Shown here: piece after piece, positions 27,721-37,627 of the stretch
Layout of the letters: each line of letters starts with the position of its first letter
Position numbering within the stretch: position 1 is the first letter of the stretch
DNA from: Candidatus Hermodarchaeota archaeon
GTDB taxonomy: Archaea; Asgardarchaeota; Lokiarchaeia; Sigyniarchaeales; SOKP01
NCBI GenBank assembly: GCA_048885925.1
Contig: JBHLLG010000024.1
Coordinates: forward strand, 1-40,733
Direction of reading: 5' to 3'
DNA length: 40,733 bases
Made by a program: the position numbers and the translations under genes
The notes under the pieces: model-generated
Seen by the model: only the letters and a program-made list of their open reading frames with translations
The model's database searches: none
Told to the model about the DNA's origin: nothing

Positions 27721-28572
27721 TTAATTACCAATATTAATTACTTCATAATAAAACTCCTTAGGATTCGGTGTTTCTATCCCCAATTTTTCAAAATATCTAA
27801 AAATATTTTTTATATCCCTTGCTAAATATATTTCTGCCTTAGGATGGTAAATAGATACCGCTTGTGAAATATCAATTACTACTGGTTTTTGATTGTGGTA
27901 TAAAATATTGAACTCACTGAGATCTCCATGAACTAGTTGGGCTTTTTGAAATAAAATTTTCATAAAAGTTAAAATTTCTCCCATTAGGTTTACAATATTT
28001 TTAGGTTCTTTCACATCTTTTAATAATGGGGCAGGTATTGATTCAAATCCGATATATTCCATTATTAATATATTATCTTTAACAAATATCGGCTTTGGAA
28101 CACTTAATCCCGCTTTGTATGCTCGCTTTAGATTTTTATATTCTTTGCCTGCCCATAAAAAAATGATCTTTGCAATATTACTAGGAATTTTCTTGAATCT
28201 TGGATCTCCAATAATATAATTCCTCATCCATTTTGATGTGTTGCGATCAATCTTATAAATTTTTAAAGCAACCTCCATACCATTTAAATCATATGCTAAA
28301 TAAACATTTGCTTCTTTTCCGGCTGAAATTATCCCTTCCACTCGATCTAAAGGTCCATTCATTAATAGTTTATTTAAATTAAAAATTGTTCGCTCATCAA
28401 AAACAGATTCTATAGCTGCTCTTTTTTTTGATTGGTCTATCTTCTTAATTCTTTTATAATCTATCTTTTTTTTTTGTATTTCATCTACACTTGTATCGAA
28501 ATCTTTCCTTCTTTCATCATCTTCTAACATCTCATCAAATTCATCATCATGAATATCATTATTTTCTTCCAC
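27721..28572 (-). CDS. rio1: RIO1 atypical protein kinase
   Basis: ISAGKEANVY, ALKIY, YI.GDPRF, VHGDLSEFNIL and IDISQAV motifs. Confidence 0.96.
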   Translation of the reverse strand: MEENNDIHDDEFDEMLEDDERRKDFDTSVDEIQKKKIDYKRIKKIDQSKKRAAIESVFDERTIFNLNKLLMNGPLDRVEGIISAGKEANVYLAYDLNGMEVALKIYKIDRNTSKWMRNYIIGDPRFKKIPSNIAKIIFLWAGKEYKNLKRAYKAGLSVPKPIFVKDNILIMEYIGFESIPAPLLKDVKEPKNIVNLMGEILTFMKILFQKAQLVHGDLSEFNILYHNQKPVVIDISQAVSIYHPKAEIYLARDIKNIFRYFEKLGIETPNPKEFYYEVINIGN

Positions 28573-28583
28573 TAGATCTTCCT

Positions 28584-29498
28584 CTATTGACTTTTTATAA
28601 TTATATTCTCACTAAAGAAATAAGAATAGTCTTTTATCAATTTAGTTTTATTTTGACTCCTTAGGACAACCTTATTTTTAGTAATGTTCTCTACGACATA
28701 TATTTGATTTTCAATGAAAATTTGATCATTCTTATTAAATGGTAAAAATTTTATCAAAGATTTAAACCTATAGAGGTTTTGACCTTTTTGAATGTCCCTC
28801 CCTACTAACTTCTTTGATCTTTTAAATAAAAAGTTATATTTTGTTTTCAAGAATTTTACCAGATGATTCATTAATTCATTTGTGCTAAGATACAGATCTA
28901 CTCCATACTTTTGATTTTCTATTTTTGAAATGTATTGTCTACGGTCCTTATCAAAAAGCTCTTCTATATAGGTACTTATTTCATCTAATACTTTTTTTAT
29001 CAAATCAAATTGATTCTCATTTTTAACTCTTAATTGAATAATTGATAGAAAGTACATACCCCCTCTTAAGTTTGCACAGTTCGTGCACAATGTATGATTT
29101 ATATTCAATTTAATTATTTCTTGATGTTTTAAGTTAAAATCTCTTTTTAACACTCCTTGGATTATAGCTTCAAGTGAAACTAATAAATCCTTTGAAGAAA
29201 AAATGAAACTTTCTTCATTAAATGAGATTGAAAATTCAATATTATTTTTCTTTAAAAATGGTTTCAACAAAAACCTTTCAATAGCTTCTTCTAAAATTGT
29301 AAATAATTCATTTTCTTGTGGTTTTATCCAATCTTCTTTTTTAGAATAGTTCCCACAATCAAGACAGATATTTAACGAAAACGTATTAGCTAGTTTAAAT
29401 AAAGGGTTTTCTTTTAAATAACATTTAAGACACATTCCAAAATGAGGATCTTCTTCAACTAATTTATTTCCACATATCGCGCAAAATCGATTAGGCAT
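28584..29498 (-). CDS. nmd3: Large-subunit biogenesis protein Nmd3
   Basis: Four CxxC pairs and ..IIQLR, followed by KLVGRD. Confidence 0.9.
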   Translation of the reverse strand: MPNRFCAICGNKLVEEDPHFGMCLKCYLKENPLFKLANTFSLNICLDCGNYSKKEDWIKPQENELFTILEEAIERFLLKPFLKKNNIEFSISFNEESFIFSSKDLLVSLEAIIQGVLKRDFNLKHQEIIKLNINHTLCTNCANLRGGMYFLSIIQLRVKNENQFDLIKKVLDEISTYIEELFDKDRRQYISKIENQKYGVDLYLSTNELMNHLVKFLKTKYNFLFKRSKKLVGRDIQKGQNLYRFKSLIKFLPFNKNDQIFIENQIYVVENITKNKVVLRSQNKTKLIKDYSYFFSENIIIKSQ

Positions 29499-29794
29499 TA
29501 AAACATCATCTTTATAGCCATGGGAATTCCGTTAATAAATCTAACTCCTTCTTTTGGCAATAACTGGCAAGCAATGCATCTATTAATTATTTTATCCCCT
29601 ACAATATTAAAGCATGAAGCTCGTCTTAAAATAGAAATTGCATCTTCGAGATTTATTAATTTTCCTCCAAAAAATTGGCTTGAAATTTCAATTCTTAAAT
29701 TTCCATCTTTAAAAACTTGATTGAGTAATTCTTCATCGCAGCATGCAATTGTTTCTAAATCATCTTTTATATGAACTTTAATATATACTTTCAT
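29498..29794 (-). CDS. DUF424 family protein
   Basis: IACCDEELL...F......I...FFGG, NIVG. Confidence 0.9.
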   Translation of the reverse strand: MKVYIKVHIKDDLETIACCDEELLNQVFKDGNLRIEISSQFFGGKLINLEDAISILRRASCFNIVGDKIINRCIACQLLPKEGVRFINGIPMAIKMMF

Positions 29795-29819
29795 AATTAT
29801 TTATTGACATTAGGATACT

Positions 29820-30233
29820 TTAATTCTCTTTAATCTCTTCTCTCGCTCCACAAGCAGTGCATTTTAAATAAAGCTTTTTACTTTCTCTTTGAATTTGAGT
29901 ATCTGGTTTATTACATATATTACAAAGCACATATGTTTTTGTATAACTTTCAATTAACTTGTTTAATACTTGTTCCTTATACTGACCTTTTAAGAATAAT
30001 TGTTGTCCTCTTATTTCACCCATAGTTCCTGCTTTTTTGAGAAAAATACCTTTAAAATGATTTTTATCTCTATTAAGCGTACTAATTATTTTGTTAAAAT
30101 TTGTAATAAAAGTATTTCTACTCTCTATACGGAGTTCTACTTTTGGGATTTCAAATCTCGATAATTTTTTTACATTATCTGGAATCTTCTCATATGCGTT
30201 ATCTAATAAATTTTCATAGTTCTTCAAATCCAT
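29820..30233 (-). CDS. aIF2B: Translation initiation factor aIF2 beta subunit
   Basis: YENLLD.AY, RFEIP, T.I.NF..I...LNRD, YV.C..C.KPDT and C.ACGA motifs. Confidence 0.95.
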   Translation of the reverse strand: MDLKNYENLLDNAYEKIPDNVKKLSRFEIPKVELRIESRNTFITNFNKIISTLNRDKNHFKGIFLKKAGTMGEIRGQQLFLKGQYKEQVLNKLIESYTKTYVLCNICNKPDTQIQRESKKLYLKCTACGAREEIKEN

Positions 30234-30326
30234 AGTAATCTAATCTTACCCATGTAATTAACTTAAAAATGTTAAATGAATAATAAGAAAAATATTTTTC
30301 TATTTATCATAAAAAAACCAATTCAG

Positions 30327-31061
30327 CTAAAAAGCTTCAAAAATATCATTTTCTGATTCATAAATCCGTGATTCTAATATTAAATCATGGAGATAGGATC
30401 TTAATTCACTTTCAGGGATTTTAGATTTTTGTTTCAATTTTTCAAAATTGATTCCATTTCCTTTTGAAGAATATTTCTCAATTATTAGAAAAATTTGTTC
30501 TTTTTTATCATTTCGTTGATGATTTTTACTCTCATTTTCGAATAGAGTTACAACATCTATCTCATCTGAAAATTCATCTATATCGTCTCTTAGATCAGTT
30601 AGTTCGGGAATTTCTTGGATCTCTCCATGCTTTATCTTAACCACAATTTCAGCATCTCTTAATATAATAAGATTAGGATTTTCGACTTTTTTTATAATTT
30701 CTATCCATAATGTTACAAAATCTCCAAATTTAGTTACACGACCCACAATATCTGCAACATCACCTTTTACAAACATCTTATATTCTTCTGGGTTGATATT
30801 TCTTACTATTGCTCTTATCATTCCTGTACCATCATCTACATCAAAATCAAGTCTAACATTGTGGTTAGATTCTTCGTCTAAACCCATATCCGCTTCATTT
30901 GATTCAATTAACTTTTCTTTTTTATCTATTATTGTAGCTATAATTCTAATTCGCTTGACATTTCCAAAAATTGTATAAAAAAATTTCTCATTTTCGTCGT
31001 ATTGACCCTCTAAAATGTGTTTTATCCAACATTGAACGGTAGGATTTCTTTTATAACTCAT
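30327..31061 (-). CDS. RPA32/Stn1-like protein (OB fold plus C-terminal winged helix)
   Basis: V.RIRIIATII, DDGTG.IRA, VGRV..F, an acidic linker, then a wHTH-like tail (GI.FEKL......ELRSYL.DL..E.RIYE). Confidence 0.8.
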   Translation of the reverse strand: MSYKRNPTVQCWIKHILEGQYDENEKFFYTIFGNVKRIRIIATIIDKKEKLIESNEADMGLDEESNHNVRLDFDVDDGTGMIRAIVRNINPEEYKMFVKGDVADIVGRVTKFGDFVTLWIEIIKKVENPNLIILRDAEIVVKIKHGEIQEIPELTDLRDDIDEFSDEIDVVTLFENESKNHQRNDKKEQIFLIIEKYSSKGNGINFEKLKQKSKIPESELRSYLHDLILESRIYESENDIFEAF

Positions 31062-31210
31062 TATTTATTCATCTCACATTTTTCCCTTGTTTTTACATTT
31101 TAAATTTAAATAATTTTTCAATATAGAAATATCTATTAAGCTAATAATATTTTTGAGCTTTTTTTCGTAAAGCACCTATAACAAATGATTCTATTAAAAA
31201 GAAAAGAAAA

Positions 31211-31314
31211 TGGTAGCGGGGGTTCGATTTGAACGAACGATCTCAGGGTATCTCTAGGGCAATTTATTGCCATTTATGAGCCCTGCGGCATAAACCAGGC
31301 TAGCCCACCCCGCT
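31211..31314 (-). tRNA. Initiator tRNA-Met(CAT) with a 25-nt canonical 37/38 intron (31250-31274) and encoded CCA
   Basis: A1:U72 (AGCGGGG/CCCCGCT), GGG/CCC anticodon stem, CT-CAT-A|intron|A, relaxed BHB CTCA-TA|A / AGAG-AT|A. Confidence 0.95.
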
Positions 31315-31510
31315 ATAAATGTATTTATGGGTGTATCCATATATGATATATTATATTTATATATAGAAGATTATAAACTTATAATTTAATATTTTTCTAT
31401 TTTTTAATAGTAATTATTGCCTAAGTATCAAATTATTTAGAATATAATCAATAACTTTAACTTCCAAATTAAATTAGAAAATAAAAGTGAATATAAATTA
31501 ATAGAACAAT

Positions 31511-33325
31511 ATGTCCCTATTTAATATTATTTTGGATTTCATTCTAAATCCTTGGTTTATTTTTTCATTAATATTTTGGATTATTGTTTTACTTTTAGTT
31601 TATTTATTAAGGAATAAAAAAGAAGCAACTTATCTTTTTTTTCCATTGCTTGCAATGTTTAAAACAAGGAAGTTAAACAATATTATAAAAAAAATCTCAA
31701 GAAAAGCTCCGAAATTTTGGAAGTATTTTTGGACTATAGGAATATTTGTTTCATTCAGTTTTATGATTTTTGCTTTTTACTTCTTTTTCACCAATTTCAT
31801 TAATTTAATTGTTAATCCTAAAGTTGAACAAGCGGTAGTTCTTCTTATTCCGGGAGTAACAATCGATCTACCACTACTTTTTTATTTAATTCTCCCTCTT
31901 TTATTCATAATTACTACACACGAATTTGCTCATGGAATTTCAGCTAGCGTGGAAGGCGTAGATATTAAGTCTACAGGAGTAATGGGTGCAGGTCTTTTTT
32001 TCATCATCGGATTTGGTGCTTTTGTAGAAGTGGATGAGAGAGAGCTGAATTCAACCAAAATCCACCGAAATACAAGATTAAGAGTTGCGGCTGCTGGGAC
32101 TTATGTGAATGCCATCACACTTGGAATTACCATTATATTATTATTAAGTTTTCCTTTAATAATTTCACCTTTTTATCGACAAGTTACTCAAGTAAATACA
32201 GTATTTACAGAAGCGCAGGGGGGTTTCAATTATGGAATTCTATCAGATGGAGATGTTATACTTGCAATTAAAAAGAAAGGGACTTCAGATGATCAATATA
32301 TATCTTTAGATATAAACCAAGGACGATCTCTTTCTAATATCTTAAATAATAAAACAAGTTTACAGTGTTCAATAGGAGATAATCTGACATTCAGAATTTA
32401 CTATCCATCTCAAGATGAATATTTAGAAAAAAATGTAACCCTAGGACCTCGTTACTACATCGGAATTATGTATAAATATATTTCCAACACAGAATTAGAA
32501 ATAACAAAAATATATACAGAAAATGAGGGAGGAAATAATTTCAATACAAATTTAACAGAAGGAACTATAATTAATGAAATAAATGGTAATTTGATAAACA
32601 TAACGAAAGGAGATACATTAGAAAAAGCGTTAACAAAATTTAATCTAAAGAATATAACTTTAAATAAAGATTCAGAAACTTATATATTAAATGTTACAGC
32701 TGTGGGAGTCGTTCTTGGAATTTATAGTAATTCTTATTTCATGCATAAAAATAATATAGCAAAATTCTTTACTAGTTTTTGGCCCGAATTTTGGTTAAGA
32801 GAACTCCTATGGCTTTCTATTATAGCATTTAGTATAACACTTTTTAATTTACTTCCCTTACCCGTTTTCGATGGGGATAGAATCATGAAAGAATTAATTA
32901 ATTGGGGATTTGGAGAAGATTTTAGAACTTTAAAAACAAAAACAGATAAATCGTTATTTAAAAAAGATACTCTTCAAATCCAACTCTCAGAATATAGAAT
33001 AGAAAAAGTAAATTCTGTAAAAATTATAATGGAAAATAAGCTTCAAAGCAGAGAAAAAAATGAAATAATCTTAGCTGAAGATAAATATAAATTAGTTGAT
33101 ACTATTGGTGATGAATTTAAAGACTCAATAGCTTTTAATTTACCTGAACAGACGCAATTAGAACAAGATTCTTTAGTTGAAGTCACTTATGAATATAAAT
33201 ATGATGAGAAACAAAAAATTAAAAGACCTCTACTTAATATTTTACGTTTTATTACATTATTTATTGTTCTTGGTAATTTTATCTTATCTTTTATAAAATT
33301 TGGCGGAATTTTTTTCTGGATTTAA
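31511..33325 (+). CDS. Site-2 protease (M50) with tandem PDZ-like domains
   Basis: HEFAH, GAFVE, AAAG.YVN and FNLLPLPVFDG motifs; multiple TM helices. Confidence 0.92.
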   Translation: MSLFNIILDFILNPWFIFSLIFWIIVLLLVYLLRNKKEATYLFFPLLAMFKTRKLNNIIKKISRKAPKFWKYFWTIGIFVSFSFMIFAFYFFFTNFINLIVNPKVEQAVVLLIPGVTIDLPLLFYLILPLLFIITTHEFAHGISASVEGVDIKSTGVMGAGLFFIIGFGAFVEVDERELNSTKIHRNTRLRVAAAGTYVNAITLGITIILLLSFPLIISPFYRQVTQVNTVFTEAQGGFNYGILSDGDVILAIKKKGTSDDQYISLDINQGRSLSNILNNKTSLQCSIGDNLTFRIYYPSQDEYLEKNVTLGPRYYIGIMYKYISNTELEITKIYTENEGGNNFNTNLTEGTIINEINGNLINITKGDTLEKALTKFNLKNITLNKDSETYILNVTAVGVVLGIYSNSYFMHKNNIAKFFTSFWPEFWLRELLWLSIIAFSITLFNLLPLPVFDGDRIMKELINWGFGEDFRTLKTKTDKSLFKKDTLQIQLSEYRIEKVNSVKIIMENKLQSREKNEIILAEDKYKLVDTIGDEFKDSIAFNLPEQTQLEQDSLVEVTYEYKYDEKQKIKRPLLNILRFITLFIVLGNFILSFIKFGGIFFWI

Positions 33326-33355
33326 TTAAAATCATTCACTTTTTATCCAACTTTT

Positions 33356-34333
33356 ATGAATAATTATAAATTATTTTTAAAACAAGGTAAATGTTCTCAA
33401 TGTAATAATATTCTCATAATCCAAAGACCATATTCAGGAGAAAATTTATGTCCAGAATGCTTTCAAAAAAATATTGAAAAAATTATTTATAAAACAATAT
33501 CTAAATATAAAATGCTAAGACCAAATGACAAGATTATTATAGCATTATCAGGTGGCAAAGATTCAATTGCACTTTCCTACAATTTACATAAAATTCAAAA
33601 TCGAACCTATAACTCAGAACCTATTAAAGCATTAATTATTGACGAAGGAATAAAAGACTATAGGGAAAATAGCATTAAACTTGCTGTGGATTTTTGCCAG
33701 AAATACGATATTGAATATAAAATCATTTCATTCAAAGATAAAATTAGTTTTACTTTAGATGAGATTATCGATATAAAAAAGAATTCTTCTGATTATAAGT
33801 ATGCTTGCAATTATTGTGCAACAATAAGAAGAAGGTTAATAAATGATGGTGCTAAAGAGTTAGGAGGCACAATCTTGGCCATGGGTCATAACCTCACCGA
33901 TTTCGCAGAAACATATTTAATGAATATTTTTTATAAGCGGTTAGATATTATAGCAAACCAATATTTCTTTAAGGAAGAGAATGATAAAATTAATAAATTT
34001 TATATTAAAAAAGTATCTCCTCTTATAAGAATTCCTGAGGAAGAAATCTTTTTGTACGTGAATATAAAACAACTAAAATATTATCCATCTCATTGCCCCT
34101 ATAGAGAAAAAGATCCAATCATCAGAAAAAGAATTTTAGATTTTATTCAAACCTGCAAAAAATATAGTCCAGAAATAGAATTCAATCTACTTAATAGTTT
34201 TTTAGAAATATCTGAAATACTTTATTATCATAAAGAAAGAAAAAGTTATAACTCATGCAAACTGTGTGGATATCCTTGTGGGAAAGCTAAACTATGTACT
34301 TATTGTAGTTATATAAAGGAATTTAATCAATAA
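33356..34333 (+). CDS. ncsA: tRNA 2-thiolation enzyme NcsA/Ncs6 (CTU1/TtuA family)
   Basis: Terminal zinc fingers, SGGKDS PP-loop, IDEGI, C.YC...RR, GHNLTD and CPY motifs. Confidence 0.9.
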   Translation: MNNYKLFLKQGKCSQCNNILIIQRPYSGENLCPECFQKNIEKIIYKTISKYKMLRPNDKIIIALSGGKDSIALSYNLHKIQNRTYNSEPIKALIIDEGIKDYRENSIKLAVDFCQKYDIEYKIISFKDKISFTLDEIIDIKKNSSDYKYACNYCATIRRRLINDGAKELGGTILAMGHNLTDFAETYLMNIFYKRLDIIANQYFFKEENDKINKFYIKKVSPLIRIPEEEIFLYVNIKQLKYYPSHCPYREKDPIIRKRILDFIQTCKKYSPEIEFNLLNSFLEISEILYYHKERKSYNSCKLCGYPCGKAKLCTYCSYIKEFNQ

Positions 34334-35310
34334 ATCAAATATTCTCCCATTTCCTTCAATTTATCATATTCTCTTACTTCTTCCTTGAATAAAGGAATTT
34401 CAATCAAATTTTTATGCAATTTATGCAAAAATATATTTCTAATTTTTTCAATATTTTTTTGCTGCATTTCTCGTCTACTTTTACAGAAGTCACATAATTC
34501 AGTGGTATCTTGGTATAATTGATTAATAATTATATTATTAACAGGAATATTATATTTAATCAATTCATTCAGTAATCGACCACTCTCTAAAATTGCCATT
34601 TCTTCTGGGATCATTACAATTACAAACGAATTTTTAATCGGATTTGTAAGATCTTCTCTAGCGTTTAATATAGATTGATTAAGTCTTTCTAAAACTTCTA
34701 ATGAATCGTCTGTTTTCTTCTCTTCACGAGTAAAAAATCTTTTAAAAGCACCGAGCATTTTTCCAATTCTTAATCTCATCTTTATGAGTTTACCAATCCA
34801 TCCACTCAAAGTCTCTGGGAGACTCAACAGTCGCAAAGTGTGTCCCGTAGGTGCGGTATCAAATATAATTAAATCATAATTGTGATCCGTCTCAATAAAC
34901 TCTAAAATTTTTCCAAAAGCTAAAGCTTCGTCAATACCTGGGGGATTTGCTGAAGTTAATTCATCCAAATCACCAAATAAGGGGATTCCTTCCAGCATGT
35001 TATTCATACCCATTTCTTCTAAGGGATTTATATCACCTACGCCACTAAATTCTGAAATACTAACTTTAGGATTAATTTCTAGAGCAGTTAAATTATTTAT
35101 TTTATCAATCGAAGTAGGAATACCGGGAGGCAATTCTACTCCAAAACTATCACCTAGAGAATGAGCAGGATCAGTACTTATAATTAAAGTGTTTCTTCCA
35201 TGTTCAGCAGCCCATATTGCTGAACTTGCAGCACAGCTTGTTTTTCCAACTCCACCTTTCCCCCCAAACATAATAAATTTTAAATTTAATAGCTGATCTT
35301 TTAATTCCAT
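34327..35310 (-). CDS. Get3/TRC40/ArsA-family ATPase
   Basis: GGKGGVGKT, STDPAHSLGD, PGIDEA, DTAPTGHTLRLL and C-terminal CDFC motifs. Confidence 0.92.
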   Translation of the reverse strand: MELKDQLLNLKFIMFGGKGGVGKTSCAASSAIWAAEHGRNTLIISTDPAHSLGDSFGVELPPGIPTSIDKINNLTALEINPKVSISEFSGVGDINPLEEMGMNNMLEGIPLFGDLDELTSANPPGIDEALAFGKILEFIETDHNYDLIIFDTAPTGHTLRLLSLPETLSGWIGKLIKMRLRIGKMLGAFKRFFTREEKKTDDSLEVLERLNQSILNAREDLTNPIKNSFVIVMIPEEMAILESGRLLNELIKYNIPVNNIIINQLYQDTTELCDFCKSRREMQQKNIEKIRNIFLHKLHKNLIEIPLFKEEVREYDKLKEMGEYLIY

Positions 35311-35362
35311 TATGAATTCTAAAACCTATTATTATATTATTACATAAATTATGGTATTATAT

Positions 35363-36637
35363 CTAATAATCAATTTTAAAACGAAGAATTGCCGCGATTC
35401 CTCCAAAAGTACTGTATAACATTTCGCCTTCTTCCGTTTCGGTTGATAAAATGTCAACTTGCGTTCCGGTTGCTTCACCAATTTCCCCTAATTCTTCTAT
35501 AATTGATTTGCTTTCAATTATGTTAAAACTATTTGATGAACATTTAGGGCAAATTTCTTCTTGAATCTCTCCTTTAACTTTTTCCAATTCTTTTTCCTTA
35601 ATTATTCTAGATTCAATATATCCACAATTTGAACATTCTAATTTAATTTTATACAAATCTAATTTTTCTGATAACAATAAGTTTCCCACAGCACCATAGT
35701 TTAACCCTTTTTGAACGTCCTCAAGACCATAAGAAGCTAAACCTGAATCAATAGAAATCTCTTTCATGAATTGTTGCATTACCTGTTTTTCACGAATATA
35801 TTTAACATCTTCTATCTTATTTTTCACTTTTTCAATTAATGCTCGGATTCCCTCGGCACCTCCATAACCTAGATCAACAACATCTAATATCATTTCACGT
35901 AGTCTATAATCTAAACTCTCATCATTAACAAACTTTTCTTTTGATGGACCTGGCCCTCCAATAAAGATTCCTCTAAGATCTTCCATTGTTAAGAAAAGCT
36001 CATTAACAGTGTCTGAAATCCTCCTATGAAAAAATTTTTCTCCTTCTTCAATTAATCTTTCAAATCTTCTTTGAGATTGACCTCCCGCCCTATGTTTACC
36101 GTGGACACCAGATGTAAATTCTCTAATAACTTCAACTTTATTTCCTTTAATATAACCTACAGCTGCCTCTTTTCTATCTACAACTATTAAACCATAAGCC
36201 TCTTTAGTAGTTAACATCTCTTCTAGAGGCCATAAAAGAAATTCGCTTGCACAATGATATCGAAAAGTTTTAACTCTATCTGGAGGTTCAATTATATATA
36301 ATTCATTTTTTTCCGTTCCTGGAGAGTTACTTTGAGGAATTGCTCCTGAGAACATAACTAATCCATTCTCAGGAACATCTCTGATGTTTTTTAATTGTCC
36401 TAAGAGACTAGAAATGCTATCTAATACATTTTTTCGGGTTAATTTTGATTTAATATTTTGACTTTCACTAATTTCATTTTTAAGATGGTTTGTTACATCT
36501 GATATTTTCCTATCATGAGGGATATATACAGAAATTAATTCAGTATGAAATCCTTTTTTACTTTTAAGATCTTCTAGTAGGTGTTTAGTTTTATAGATTT
36601 TTAAATCGTTTGGCTTTTTTTTAACTACTGAACTCAT
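35363..36637 (-). CDS. prf1: Peptide chain release factor aRF1
   Basis: TELISVYIP, NIKS, YHCASEF, GGQS and a zinc-ribbon minidomain. Start set at the ATG at 36637; the ORF track uses an upstream TTG. Confidence 0.96.
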   Translation of the reverse strand: MSSVVKKKPNDLKIYKTKHLLEDLKSKKGFHTELISVYIPHDRKISDVTNHLKNEISESQNIKSKLTRKNVLDSISSLLGQLKNIRDVPENGLVMFSGAIPQSNSPGTEKNELYIIEPPDRVKTFRYHCASEFLLWPLEEMLTTKEAYGLIVVDRKEAAVGYIKGNKVEVIREFTSGVHGKHRAGGQSQRRFERLIEEGEKFFHRRISDTVNELFLTMEDLRGIFIGGPGPSKEKFVNDESLDYRLREMILDVVDLGYGGAEGIRALIEKVKNKIEDVKYIREKQVMQQFMKEISIDSGLASYGLEDVQKGLNYGAVGNLLLSEKLDLYKIKLECSNCGYIESRIIKEKELEKVKGEIQEEICPKCSSNSFNIIESKSIIEELGEIGEATGTQVDILSTETEEGEMLYSTFGGIAAILRFKIDY

Positions 36638-36732
36638 ATTTATCTGCAAATTATTAGAATTATACAAAAAATTAATAGTTTTTCTTTATTATCAATCTAT
36701 ATAAAGAACGATAATAATGGATTTGAAATTTA

Positions 36733-37530
36733 ATGGGTTTTAATGATAAACAAGACCATACAGTTCCTAAAACACACCCCCGCTATGAAAGTTTAAATTA
36801 TCGGCATAAAATTATCGATGGTATGAAAAATTTAGTAGTTGCTGAAGCTGGCTTAATTGCACATGGTAGGGGTGAATGTTTTGATTATATCTTAGGTGAG
36901 AAAACCTCTGAGACTGCTAAAAAAGCAATCAAAGCTGCTGTCGCGGCATTATTAATAGCTAAGAAACCTGTTATTAGTGTAAATGGAAATGTTGCCGCAC
37001 TAGTGCCCAATGAAATTGTTATTTTATCTAAAACAATTGATATCCCCTTAGAAATTAATTTATTTTACCAAAAACAAGGAAGGATTGACGCAATAAAACA
37101 TATTTTACAAAATGCTGGAGCTACAAAAATTCATGGTATTGATCCAAATAAAATGATAGAACTTGAGGGTCTTGAAAGTAATAGAAGAAAAGTAGAGTTA
37201 ATTGCAAATGCAGATGTAGTTATGGTGCCATTAGAAGATGGGGATAGAACAGAAATTCTAAAAAAATTAGATAAAATGGTTATTGCAATTGATTTAAATC
37301 CATTAAGCAGAACGGCCTTATGGGCCAATATTACAATCGTTGATAATATCGTAAGAGCTGTTCCAGAAATGATAAAATATGCAAAAAAATTAAGAAATCT
37401 ATCTAATTCACAACTATACGAGATTGTCAGTAACTTCAATAATAAGCAGAATATTCAAAATACTCTAGATTTAATAATTGAATATATTGAAAAACAGAAA
37501 GAAAAAGCATTTCAAGATTTAAATCTATGA
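36733..37530 (+). CDS. pps: Phosphopantothenate synthetase
   Basis: HPRY.SL, GLIAHGRGE.FDY, ISVNGN, VPLEDGDR and IDLNPLSRT motifs. Confidence 0.95.
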   Translation: MGFNDKQDHTVPKTHPRYESLNYRHKIIDGMKNLVVAEAGLIAHGRGECFDYILGEKTSETAKKAIKAAVAALLIAKKPVISVNGNVAALVPNEIVILSKTIDIPLEINLFYQKQGRIDAIKHILQNAGATKIHGIDPNKMIELEGLESNRRKVELIANADVVMVPLEDGDRTEILKKLDKMVIAIDLNPLSRTALWANITIVDNIVRAVPEMIKYAKKLRNLSNSQLYEIVSNFNNKQNIQNTLDLIIEYIEKQKEKAFQDLNL

Positions 37531-37627
37531 TCTTTAGTAATTAATTTATTTCATAAAAGCTTAAAAGTTTTTAATTTTATATACCTTATATTAATAAGGC
37601 TATTTTTCATTTAAAAAATCTCTAGCT

